Positions 37,853 through 52,800 of a stretch of DNA of 64,000 nucleotides are shown one piece after another. The notes beneath the pieces are model-generated. The model was not told where the DNA came from. It saw only the letters and a program-made list of their open reading frames with translations, and did no database searches. Position numbers and translations under genes: made by a program. Position 1 is the first letter of the stretch. Each line of letters begins with the position of its first letter. The stretch is from Entomortierella parvispora E1425 (Eukaryota > Fungi > Mortierellomycota). The stretch lies in NCBI GenBank assembly GCA_020891255.1, contig BQFW01000014.1:124001-188000 (forward strand). Direction: 5' to 3'.

Positions 37853-40727
37853 TTAGAAGACTTGTCTACGTTTGTGTACGGCATTGAAGTGCAGAGGAGC
37901 TCTATTAACCATCTGACCAATACACAACGTTGTCTGTTGCAAAATGGAGGTGATGTCCTCCATCTCCTTGTCATCTTTGCTTTGCACGAGGCTAGATAGG
38001 ATGTTGATCTGCTCTAGAGCTTTAAGCCTCCACTTCGCGGCCTCTCGTTGCAGATGCCTCCGTTCTTCATCTTCGTCGTCCCCTGTTACTATTGATTCTG
38101 TCCCTCCCAAAACGACAGCAGCCGTTTCTTCTCCAGGCTCAATGCCAGCCAATAGCTTGTCCTTAGTGTCCTTTGACTCTGGAAGCACAATAGTTGTCAT
38201 GGACCCATGAAAGTTGTTGTCAACTGGTAGTTGAATGTTTGGAAACATGAGGGTAGCAGCAATGATATGTTTGCAAGGCTGAAGACGGCGCTTGAAGTCA
38301 GGGCACTCACAGGCCCGAATTGTGGGTGGATATGTCGTATGAATTGCAGTGATCTCGTACTCACTCCCATCAGACTTATCAAACGAGGTAATCCAGAGAC
38401 GGTTCGAAAGGGTGTCATGTCGGAAGAGCTGGAGCCTTTGTTGAGCGGTCAAGTTCCTGAAACGACGCTGCACAGAAATCAATCGATCCTGATATTCTTT
38501 TTGTATTTTTTGATTGCCGTCCGAGGTTCAACGTAGCTGTGTTGATAATACTCTGGAAGTATTCGACGACAGCACCAGAGAGTACATTGATCACAGTGTC
38601 AAGCCGGGGACTCTTGTTGTCTCGCAGGAACTTCGATTTCAGTTGACTGTGCCAGCTCTCCACATAGTTGTTGGTGTTGATGTCGGCCCAATATACATCA
38701 CTCCGGTATGCGCGCATCCACTGTTCTCGCTTCTCCAGAGTAAAGCTGGTAGTGTCAAGGTATTCGAGGACTTCCGTGTAAGCACTGTCTAGCGTTAGAG
38801 CCTGGCGAAGGCTTTGCTGGAGTAGAGAGGCCTGGTCGGGATCTTGAGTGTACATCATACGGCGCAACATCTTGAAGATCACCTCGCGGGATTTGTCATA
38901 CTGACGCTTTAGTTGTGCCTTCTCGTCTTTGTTCTTGCCGGTCATATCTGGATGGATCTTGCCAGGGAGAGCTCGAGCCCATGCGCGCTGAACGTGCCAG
39001 AGGCAGAGCTGAATCTTGACATCATCGAAGGCATAGTTGATGGCATTCTTCTCGATGTAGCTGTCGTCAACCACAATTGTTTTCACAATGCAATACGGCT
39101 TGTTTGACCCTTCTTGAACCATGAGTTGGCACCGCACATGACTCAGCCAAAGGCTAAGAGCCGAAGCTGACATATCACTCGTAAGAAAAAAAGCTACTGG
39201 TATTCCTTTTCCAGAGGAGTGCGCAACCACAATTGTGTAAAGTTGCGTGTTGTCATGACGGGTTGTTCCATGGGTGGCATCAATGCTAAAGCCAGCGCCG
39301 AATTGTTGCAGCATCTTCCGCTGCCAAGGGGATATAAATCCAAATCCAAACCGTTCCTTGGGACCAGTCTTGGCAGTTGGCGGTTCAATTGGCTGTTTAT
39401 CGGGTGCAACGGATTCAATAAAAGCAGCCAATCGACCCTGCTCGAGATTTAGGCCGACAGCCATTTTCTCAATGAGTGCAAAAGCCACTCTGTCTGATGT
39501 AGGAGTGGGATTCTTACCACGGGCAGGTTTCCGAGGAGCGTCTCGTTTCATTCGACCATTATCCACCAAGATATCCTTTCCCCCAAAACTGCTGGAAGAA
39601 GACCAAGCACCATCAGGTGCCTCATCGTATTCAAACACGGAGAACCCCTGTTCTCGCAATTTCGTTCCCCACAGACGCATAGATATTCTCTCATCTTGGT
39701 CAAGCTGAGAAGTAATCCGTTGGCGACGAATGTCTATATTATAGATGTCTTCCTTCGTGATGGCCCTATCTCTAGCACACTGAATATCGAATTGCGACTT
39801 GTCCTCCGGCGGCGCTTTCGAAAGCTTTTCATAGATGAACCGACGAGAGTGTCCTGCATCGAGCATCCTCTCAACCTGTTCCCTTCGCCATTTGGACAGG
39901 CGACAATGCCTGATATTCTCGATGGAATTCGTTTGGTGCCCTGTATGGTACGGTCTGTATGTAACAACGGCCTCTTCTGAGTTCTTGTAATACTTGACGA
40001 GAACGTATGACTTACAGCCAACCTTGCCACTGATCTTTTGACGCGGACGCTTCTTGAGTACATTCTCTGGAAAATCATCTTGGGTGGGGTCCTCTTTAAG
40101 GCTGCAGTCGCTGTCTGTACTAGAGTTGTCGTCTTCTGCTTTAACCTTGGTAGCCGAGCTGCCCTGTCGCCGGCGCTTCTTAGGGGTACCAGCGTGCTGG
40201 CAGAAGTATCTGACGGAGCATTCGAGGGAGGACTTCGTACTCTTCGACTTCCTCTCCTCCTTCTTCAGGTATTTGGTTGAAGCAAGACGCCCCTGTTCAA
40301 ACAGCCAGGGAATGACCATCGATTTGTCCATGCGCTTTTCGATTAGTCGGTTGTGATTAGGATGCCGCGGAAGGAGGTCCCCGAAAACCTTGGTCCACAA
40401 AGGAACAGGAGCTTCCTGGTCGTTCGGGGGTTCGACGGGTATCTCCAAGTTCTCAGTAACTTCCGATGAAGACACTGAGGCCGGGTATTCGACATCCTGA
40501 GCAGCCTCCTGGATATCCTCATCCTCATTGTCGCTGGAGTCCGAGGATTTATCTGAGAAGAAGCAGACTTCAAATGCAGGGTCTTCAACGACTGATGGGG
40601 TGACAGGGCAATCCTGTGGGGCCACATAGGTCTAACAGGAAGACAAAAGTGTGTCGATATCATTAGTATCCACATATCTCAATTAGCCTACTGCGAGACA
40701 TGCCATGCCATACCATACCTCTTCCAT
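37853..40727 (-). mobile_element. Mutator-like (MULE) transposase gene with C-terminal SWIM finger; one frameshift
   Basis: N-terminal C...C...HxxH zinc DNA-binding region; FSIDATH, VVDDS, CLWH and TNNYVESWH catalytic motifs; SWIM CECPDFKRRLQPCKH. 5' intron 40632-40718; frame break at the A6 run 38506-38511. No TIRs identified. Confidence 0.85.
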
Positions 40728-41506
40728 GTTGCAGGACTATATCGCGTAAGGGCCTCGCGTTGCCTGGTGAATGGAACGTGTTAATTCAGGTTGCATTTCT
40801 TCTCTAATTCTTTTTGTTGATCCGTCCTTCAATAGAGCTACAGCCTACCTGGCAACGCTACTGTTGTCTGGGGTATGAGGGGAGGGTGAGGGGAGGGTAA
40901 GGGAAGAAGCAAAGGTGTTGTGAGGGACGGTCAGGAACGTTTGTTTTTGTGCATTGTGATGACGTGCTGATTTTGTGCACTAAGGGAGAACTCAGGTCAA
41001 TGCACGTGATGGCACGTGGTGGCACGTGATATTTGGTGGCAATGTTTTTATGGGGGGCACATAAGGTAAATCTTCAGGAGGTGCGAAAGATCTACCCGCC
41101 GACCCTGGTTGTCGTTTTCTTTTCCACCGACCAGGGGGTGGGCGGGGCTTTTCTTTTTGGGTCCGACCGCTGACAACCGACCCCTCTCTAAACCACCGAC
41201 TTCCTCTTCTTCTATTCCCCCGCCCATGGTCAGAGAATACGTTAAATGGTGAATCTGAAACTGCACCTGGAGAAGAATTGAGTATCATGTATTTATATAT
41301 AGCAATGCGGCAAAGACTACAACCATAGCAAGCCAACCCATTGGACCCAGTTTTGATTTGGCGGCTTGCTGGCAATCCAGACCACTCTTTTTTTTTTTTT
41401 TGACCACAAAAAAAAAAAAAAAAGTCCCTGCCCCTGTCATCTTCAGCTTGTTTTCTTGTTTTCGTAAGAACTTTGCGTCCACCCAGCTTTACTTGCAAGT
41501 AAGATC

Positions 41507-43459
41507 CTATTTCCACTCAACTCTCGATTGTTTCAAACAGCGTTTTGTCTCGCTCATGACAATTATGTCGGTATCTGCATCATCGATTAGGTAATTACGT
41601 TCCTCAATGTCATCGTCCGAGGGAATGCTAAACACCTTTTCCGATTTGATAGAACAAGCCGGGATTGCCAGATACTTTCTCGCAAGTTGTGACATAACGG
41701 GGAACTCCGTTCGGTGCTTGAACCACCACTGACAGGGATCCACGTCAATATCATTGCACTGTCGACGCTTGAAGTATCCCTCGAATTCGCCATTTGGTTC
41801 CCCGTCCAGCATGTCTATAAGCTGCTGAGCAATTTCTTGCCAGGTGTTGGGTGCTGCGATCACCGAGACAATTTCTTTGTACTCACCAAGGAGCATTGCT
41901 TTGATCTCCTTGAAGCGAGACTCGTCAATCTTGTTCAATAGGCGGTTAAACGTTGGGTGGAACAATGACGCCTTCATCAAGGAGTCTGAATCGATCACCC
42001 GCGCCGAAAGCTGTTCCTGCAAGTGACCTCGGAAATCTTCAATTTCCAAAACGGTGGCTGCTTGACCTTCCAATTTCATCGAGAGGACAGTGCTCCAAGG
42101 AAGTATACAGGCCGCAAGGCCACTGGAAGTAGCCTGGCCGAGAGCCTTCTGGGCCTCCTCCTCTAACAGAGTCAAGATCGTCACAGTCTCCTTGACGTGA
42201 TTCCATTCGGATTCAGTAAGCATCAATTTCTCGAGCTCCTCCATGTCATCAATTTTCAAGGTCGACGACATCAACGACTCATAGACGGAATCAACGGTAT
42301 CCTGGAGCTGTGCGAGCCGACGTAGCATGTCCAAGGTACCGTTCCACCTGGTCTTGTTGTCTACTATGATTGTCAGAGGCATACTGTTGGAGAGCTGCTT
42401 CTTGTACTGCTCTCCTATGAGGACTCGAGTCAACTCTGAGCTGTCGTAAAAGAGGGTGGCTAGATTGCGGCACTTGTTGACAATCCTGCCAAGCTCCTTG
42501 CTCTGATGCAGCGCATCGAGCACAGAGTTGCGCAGGATGCTTGCGATACACGGCGAGTGGGGCAAGTTGGCAAGTTCGGACACCTTCATCATGACAACCG
42601 CATTGTCCATCGTGAGACCAGTGATCTTTCCATCAAACCCCTTCTTTGAAATGGCATCTTCTACAGGTTCGAGGGGAGAAGAGGGCAGTTAATTTTTTTT
42701 TTTTTTTTGAAGGCACGCGTCGTTGCCCTCACGAAATCGTTCAATTCACGTGAAATACGTGATCCACTGCGCAAGATGCATGGATCAAGGATGTGCACCA
42801 CTCTTCTCGTTGTCAGCCATTCCCATTTGCTTACCAACCAGCTTCTGAATCGACTCGGCATTGTAAGGAATTGGGTGCGGGGCAAGATCCAGAGTGCACT
42901 CAAGCTTATGAAAGTTCTTGTCGAGCCAGTGCAGATTTAGACCCAAGAGTAGACGGTGGCCGCTGTTTGTCCAGTCCTCGATTGAAATGGCCCCTGACGA
43001 GAATGTCTCCTCGAGCAAGTTCTTCAGCTGTTGTTCAAGCTCGAGTCGGTGACCATCCAACTTGGACTGCACCGCGGCTGTAGACGGAGGCGTTGAATGT
43101 GGATCGGCAAGCTGCATTAATTTCTGGAACGATGTCGAGTCAAAGAGTGAGAGGGGCACGTACTCCTCAACGACCCAATCCAGCAGAGCAGAGACTAAAG
43201 CCTCCTGCTTTGCCGTAGATCTTGATGTATCAGAGGGTACTGATTGGATCCTGGCCATGCTGCTGCCCTTGAGAACGTATTCCTGGTACAGTCTAGGGTG
43301 GTCTTGCATGAAATGGTACTTCATCGTACTGGAGCTACTTCCCGTGGAGTAGTCCTTTCGACAGCACGGTGCCTTACAAAAGAAACGTATGTGATAGGCA
43401 CCGTTGATCTTTTTCCGGCCAATGTTGAACCATCCAGCCCAGATCCCTGGCGTGAAGCC

Positions 43460-43490
<31 letters not shown>

Positions 43491-43683
43491 CAGGTATCGA
43501 ATTAACCCTGTGTGCCACATGATATGAACCGTCGACTATATTATCGCCTCACCTCATACCAGGAGGCTTGGGGGGACGGGTGAATGTGGGGCGCGCAACG
43601 GATGCTTTAAATCGTTTGGCAGGGCCCTTTACAACTTGAGGGCGGGAAGGCTGAGCGTCGTTATCAGAACCAGCGTCGGTCAT
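41507..43683 (-). CDS. hAT transposase-derived ZBED-like protein (BED finger plus hAT dimerisation domain), 3 exons
   Basis: BED: IWAGWF...CKAPCC...MKYHFMQDH; TRWNGTLDML; DPCQWW...FPVMSQLARKYLAIPACSIKSEKVFS. Introns 43447-43559 and 42661-42834. Confidence 0.85.
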
Positions 43684-44262
43684 CTTTAATATCGAATGAG
43701 TCTTTTGATCGAGTCAGTTGTTCAGGTCAGCACTGTTGGCGAGTGGAGCTGAAAGAGAGCGTGGGAAGTTCAGTGGAAGGATGGAAAGAAGCAATTGTTT
43801 GTGCGATAAATGAAAAAGGGGTGTTATGAACTTTTTCGGTTCTCATCCGTTGCGTGTGACTGGGATAGGGGAGATTGGGGTCGCCTCGTTGATAACGGGA
43901 TGGATGACGAAGCAAAGGAGTGCAAGACGCTTTGGTCGCCTTGCTATGACCCTTCGACATGTGGGCAGTCAGACTATAGTCGTGGAAGAGAAAGGAGGCC
44001 CAGCTACTGGTCTGACCATCAACCTCACCGTAGGCTGTTCAAAGTAACGACTTCTGAGGAGAATGTTCGGGGTAGAGGCAAAGACTGTGGTGTGGAGACA
44101 GCACAGCATTGATGGAGTAAGACGGTTATAGAGGTTTTTAGCTGTGAAGACGCCGAGGTCGGTCGGTTGGCTTCTCTCAACAAAAAAAAAAAAAGGATGC
44201 TGTTGGCCGTTGAGTGCACGTTTCTAAAACGCAAAAAGGTTGGGATGGATTTGAGCAAAACA

Positions 44263-44333
44263 TGAAAGTGCCGGGACTCGAACCCGGTTCTCAGGCTTGG
44301 AAGGCCGGAATGATACCCATATACTACACTTTC
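44263..44333 (-). tRNA. tRNA-Gly(TCC)
   Basis: GAAAGTG TA GTAT ATGGGT ATCAT T CCGGC-CTTCCAA-GCCTG AGAA CCGGG TTCGAGT CCCGG CACTTTC A; 71 nt. Confidence 0.88.
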
Positions 44334-44397
44334 TTCGTTTCGATGAATTTCATAAATTGAGAATCATTTTTGAATCCAGACTCTCGGAACAGAGATT

Positions 44398-44436
44398 CAC
44401 GTGATCGGTGACGTCATCTCCCGGATTGGTCACGTG
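44398..44436. promoter_or_regulatory. E-box / CRE / E-box module between divergent tRNA-Gly and calmodulin
   Basis: CACGTG 44398-44403, TGACGTCA 44409-44416, CACGTG 44431-44436. Confidence 0.5.
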
Positions 44437-44601
44437 TATTTTTTTAGCCTGCCCTGGCGCTTGCAGCGAGGGGAGGCAGGTGGATGGCGAAGACAAAAAG
44501 AGTCAAAAGGTTTCATTCTTGTTTTCATCTCTTCTTTCTGCTTCTTTTTCATCTCCCCATCCTTCCCACTATCTCCACCACCCCCGTATATACACATCAC
44601 T

Positions 44602-45723
<1,122 letters not shown>

Positions 45724-46182
45724 ACCCGACTTTGAACCGACCAGCACCTTCCTCTTTTTACCATCTTATTCTGTTCATAAAAAAAATTCTGCTTGAAAAA
45801 AAGTTGATCGTTGTTATTGTCGATGTTATGGCGAAATGCTCCAAAGCCCACATCAAATAAAAACGCCAATGGTGGATTATCTGTGTGTACTTGTGGCGTT
45901 CCGTTACCGGGGCTTAGAAGGTCCAATGACTTGTCCATTCCAGTGCGCCAATACTAAACCTGAGTCCTCAATTGGTCTTTGCTCAAGGCTCAGAAGGCAC
46001 ACGGAAAGAATAGACGAGGGGTAGCTGATGTGCCGTTTTGTATACTTTTTTTTTTTTTTTTTTTTTTTATTCTTGGTACTGTCCACGAGATTCAAATTAA
46101 AATCTCGTGGAAGGAAGGTGTGAGAGCGTCGAGGTGAGGACGGTTGGAATCTGGAGGGTTCGACCAGGCGCCTATAATGCTT

Positions 46183-47894
<1,712 letters not shown>

Positions 47895-49874
47895 TTAGAT
47901 ATGAGGGTATGAATGTGGGGGGTATGGGGTATGAGGTATGTGGAGTGTGGGTCCTGGATTCTTGTTCAGGGGTGAATCCCGAGGGTGTTCACAGGCAAGT
48001 CAGATATGATTGTTCAAAAGGCCTTTCTTTTTTTTTAGCGTAGGAAAGGTGAAGGGCGGGCAGGTCGTGAGGTTGGGGAGCAAAGGGGAAAACGCCAAGG
48101 CCAGTTGGGCTCAGAGGACCGGTAAGTACGTGCGGGTTTGTGTATTCGTGAGTCCTTTGCTGCGGTGGTGAAGGCAACTGAGGGCAAGAGTAGAGGAGGG
48201 CAGTGAGGTGCAACGCACAGAGGAACAAGGCGAAAGAATAAAAGGAAAGGGCTGGAAGGGATGCAGGTGAGAGTTGGTGTGGACGGGCAGTTGTTGAGTG
48301 GGCAATGTGGTTCGAGAAAGGTCTGGAGCGCGTGGCAATCACACCGAGGATGAGTCGACTAGGTGGGGGGGGGATGAAGGTGAGAATCAAGTCAGAGCAG
48401 CCGGCAGAGTCGTCAAGATGAAGGGCTGGATAGGTTTGGTTGGATTGTATGGATGGAAGGAAAGAATGAGGGAACGGAGGGACGAAAAAAGAAGGAAAAA
48501 GAGAAGAGAAAAAAAAAACACGAGAGCGCAAGCCAATGTCGCTTCTCAGTCCTCGAGAGGGCGCGCGGAGTGGGAATGGAATGAGGTGAGAGCGACGAGA
48601 AACAGGGAGTAGGAGTAGAGGGAGAGAGCGAGAGCGAGGGAGGGGACAGTAATGGAGGGGGCTGACTGCATTGGAAGAAGAAAGAGAGAAAGAAAGAGAG
48701 GGATGAAGAGGATCATCAGCGGGTGCCAGCCAGTCCCACACCCACATTGGACATTGCCATGGGTCATGCAATGCATGCATGAGTGTGTGTGCATTGCATG
48801 CGGGTTAGCCTGTCAACTCGGACAGCGTTTTGGTGGCGTTTTTTTTTTTTTTTTTTTTTTTTTGGTTGAGTGGGACTCGTCTTTTTTTTTTTTTTTTTCT
48901 TGTTCATCCTGGAGGACCATCCTTCACCCAGCCAGTCCGCTCCGCCCCTGTCTGTGACAGACAATGAGCTCAAACAGGGATATCCAGTGACGAGAGGCTC
49001 TTGTAATTTGCTTCCGAAATTGAACTTTGGAACCTTGCTTGACTTTGACGACGTGTTGTTTGTCGTTGTTCGTTGCTGAATTGTGTTGTGTTGTTGGTGA
49101 TGGTCTCCCCCCAGCTCTATTCTTTCTCTTCCGGGAGAAAAAGAGAGACAGAGACCAGAGAAAGGAGGGAGCCAGCAGCAAAGAGGGGCTGGAGAACATG
49201 TCGATGCAGACAGGAATGGCCCACCCACCAGAAAAGCAGATCAGATTTTCCACGACCAGACTCTCAAACTCCCCACAGCGGCTGAAAAAAGGAGCAGACA
49301 GACCCGCCGAGACGTGCGTCATTTCGCGCGCTAGCTTGCACTAGTCCAACTTATTGGCTGGACTGGACCGGGTACTCGGACCTCTTCAGTCTCATTCGCC
49401 TGCAATATAATTGAGATATTGCCGGCTGCCCACTCACAGACACTCACAGTCTGGTCATGACATTACAAGTGCTTGTACTCAATTCCAGTAGCAAATTGGC
49501 TCGGTGCTCGCCCTCTCCACACCATCCCGCCACAGACGAGATCTCCTTCCTTTTACCCATTGTCCAACGCTGTGTAACCCATCTTTTCTAACCCTTTCTT
49601 TCTGTTTCTTTTCACCTTTGTTCCCCTTGGTTCTTCCCGCTCTCGCCGACTCAGCCGTCTTGTTCTTTTCTCCTTTCTATCTTTCACCCATCGACCCACC
49701 TGATTGCCACTGTTGTGCTTCATCGCGTGGTATTTATCTTCCCCCTTCACTCTTCCCATCACGCAATCCCTCTCCGATCTCTCTCCTCCTGATCATCATC
49801 AACAAGCACAACAAACAAACAAACACAATCTGCATCAATTGCGACTACGGCACCAGCTAGGAAACAACAACAAG

Positions 49875-52800
49875 ATGTCCCGCGCCCATACCCTGTGGCA
49901 CCAGAACCTTGCCCTGGGTCCTGGCCACATCTCCGTCCTCCGCTACGGTGAGTCCATTTTTGTGAAATGGAATCTTGGTTCCTCGTCTTTCGGGGAAAAG
50001 AAGTTGAGAGCCAGGTAGAAGAGAGGGATATTTCCTGTGTCATTGTGGCTGTTGCAGTCGCACAGACTACTCAGGAGTCGACAACAACTCGACAGCTGGC
50101 GACAATTGTCGACAAGCTCCTTTGGTTTGCCTCCCGAGCAGCAACGTCTTTTTTATCTTTCAAGGACATCAAGGACAGAGAGTGGTCGCATCCAGGAGAC
50201 TCGACTGATTAAAAGGGACACAAGGCAAGAGGCAAGGAGAGGGGGAAGGAAGGGGAAAGGGGACATGGAGTCCAAGGGAACAACAAAAAAAAAAAAAAAA
50301 AAACTCGACACGTCCCGCGCACTAAGGACGAGAGCAGGTTCACTTTTCTTTCTCTCCTTCCTCTGACTCATCTTACTGCATCCTTCTCTCTTTCTCCCTG
50401 TCCATTCATTCACCCATCTCCCCACTCATTCATACCTCCATACCTCCATATATCCATTCGTCCATTCTCATCACCGCTTGCTTGAACTCGTTCACTTTCT
50501 GTCCCCCTCTTTGCATTCATTCTGCTGCATCCATCCACATTCTCGTCGCATTGTCTTTCTCCACCTCCTTTTACCTCTTTTTTTTTTTCCTTCGCCCTCC
50601 TGTCGACTCCACCAACTATCAATGCTACTGTCGCCCATAGATGATCCCTTCCCCAGGCCAATCGCTTCCTCGTCTTCTTCCGTCACATATTCGCGATTCA
50701 GAGCCGTGCTCTTCAATGACCTCCTCGATAGCGATCCAGCAAACAGGGCACGCGCCCTCGACAACATCGTCCAGATCGTGACCGAATGGGCGCGCGTAGT
50801 AACTGACAACAATGCCCTGGCTGATCTCTCCCGCCCTGGCTCCTTTTCTGCTGCCAGCATCGGCGCCCATGGAAACCCCACTCCACCCTTCAGTCCTGCC
50901 ACTGCAGGTGGCCTTGGCCCTTGCTCAATCGAGGGCACGCTCTTTTCCCAGGACAACACCTCTGCCTCCGCACTGTCCTTTGAGAAGCTGACCATCTCCA
51001 CCAGCACGCCACATCCTTTCCAAAGACAAGACGGCGACAGCAGTCGGCGAACACACTCTCGACAAGAATCCTCTTCCATGTCTTCATCGTCTCCGCTTGC
51101 AGGCTCCCCTCAGCTGAACGGCGTCCTTCACTCGGCCTCGTCTTCAACATCTGTCGTGGAGAATGGATGCAGCAACGCCAATGCTATCCTATCGTCTTCA
51201 CCCCGCACTGCATCCAGCTACCATTTCCAGAACGACCCTGATGTGCACTTCAACCGGTCGCTACCGGATAAGCTCTCGCCATTGGAAGAGCGCGTGGCCG
51301 AGGTGGATGAGGCTGCACGCCTTTTGCGCCACCACATCCTCACCATTTTGCGCTTTTCTGTCTGCTGCCCCTACAAGGACGTCAAGATATGTCTCGTGGG
51401 GCTGCTGAAAGATCTCGAGGTATTACCCCACATTCTATCATCGTTACTGCTGCATGCCGCTACTGCTTTACAAAGTCTCCTCAGTGGCGCTTGTGCAAGG
51501 GACCTGATCTCGTCAATGCTCACCTTGTTTTTTTTTTACTCCGTCATAATAGTCGTTCAATATCCCGATCCCAAAGCCTATTCATCCTTCTGCGTCCTTC
51601 TTCATTGACCCAAAGGACATTTATCTCCTGGACAGCCCAGAAAGCTCTCGCTGTGCGTCACCGACACTCTCGGCTAAAGACAGATCGTCCTCTTGCTCAT
51701 CTCTCTCCACTCTTCCAGCGAGCGCACCTTGCCTTCCTCCCACAGTTGGTTGTGTCCCGGACGAGTCCACAAAGCAGATTATGACCAACACGTTCCTCAA
51801 CTATGGTCGGACCAGCAACCTGTTCAGGATTCTGGCCTTCTTTCCCTCTTTTTGGGAAAAGTTCGAAAGCTCACAATCCTGCATGATGAATGGACCAGGA
51901 CCTATCCCAAAGCCCTGGCGTTGCTATGTCGCCATCATGGTAAGCAATTGACTCCTAACTTTTAACCCCGCATCCAGACGAGACGGGATCCCAAAACTAA
52001 GGAACATGTCGACATCACCAGGAGTCATGGTGACAAGGAATAAAAGGCTGCTGGAGCGGACATAGGCGAATGAATATTTCAGACAGCGCACTATCACGTC
52101 ATTGTCAAAAACTATGTTGACTAGTTTTAAGCTAACAAACATTCGTTTTGATCCCATTTTTGTTTTCCTCTTGCAGGCTGCCTCGCAATACAATTGCCAG
52201 TACATGGTCTCCATGATGAAACTGGATTACTTGACAAGCGGCGGGGATCCGACCTGGCTCAATGGGCTGCAGTTCACCACCCAGAAGATTCGCAACTTGG
52301 CAAAACTCAATGGCCTGATGGCCCACCAGCCCTGGCTCCTAAAGCCTAGGCACATTCAGGAGCTAGTCTGCCGTGAGTCGAACCATAACCCTCACAACGT
52401 TTGGACTATCAGTGAGCTCGCACAGGTGATGGTTATCATGTCGACCATTCACAGTATTAGCGTGCTGGTAGCAGCTTGCGGCATCGTTCCAGAGATCGAC
52501 ATGATTGGCGGCACATTTGTGGACCTTTCGAAACTCCAGAACGCGCGCAAGGCAGAAGAGGGGGCAATGAGCCCTCTGTCTATGCTCCCCTCACCTCGGG
52601 TGGATGCGGACCCAGCCAAAGCTACCACCAGTGATCAGGGCATCCTGGCTCAGTCTTTGATCCAATACGAAATCACCCTCCCCCCGCAGCCTGTCACAAA
52701 GCGAACATACGACGAGATCACCTCAAAGCTACACACTGCTGAACTTATCAGGCGGTTGTTGACCGAGCGAGAAGCTTGCAGCACTGATGGTGAAGAAGGT

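Noticed and set aside
36760-41030. E-box clusters on both sides of the MULE gene as terminal inverted repeats
   Set aside because: Similarity is limited to the palindromic hexamer; no extended inverted identity or 9-bp TSD was seen.
43727-44258. ORFs between the hAT gene and tRNA-Gly
   Set aside because: Short, overlapping on both strands, with no recognisable domain.
47989-49344. 263-aa and overlapping ORFs between the Rab and sestrin genes
   Set aside because: Low-complexity, homopolymer-derived translations in a divergent promoter region.
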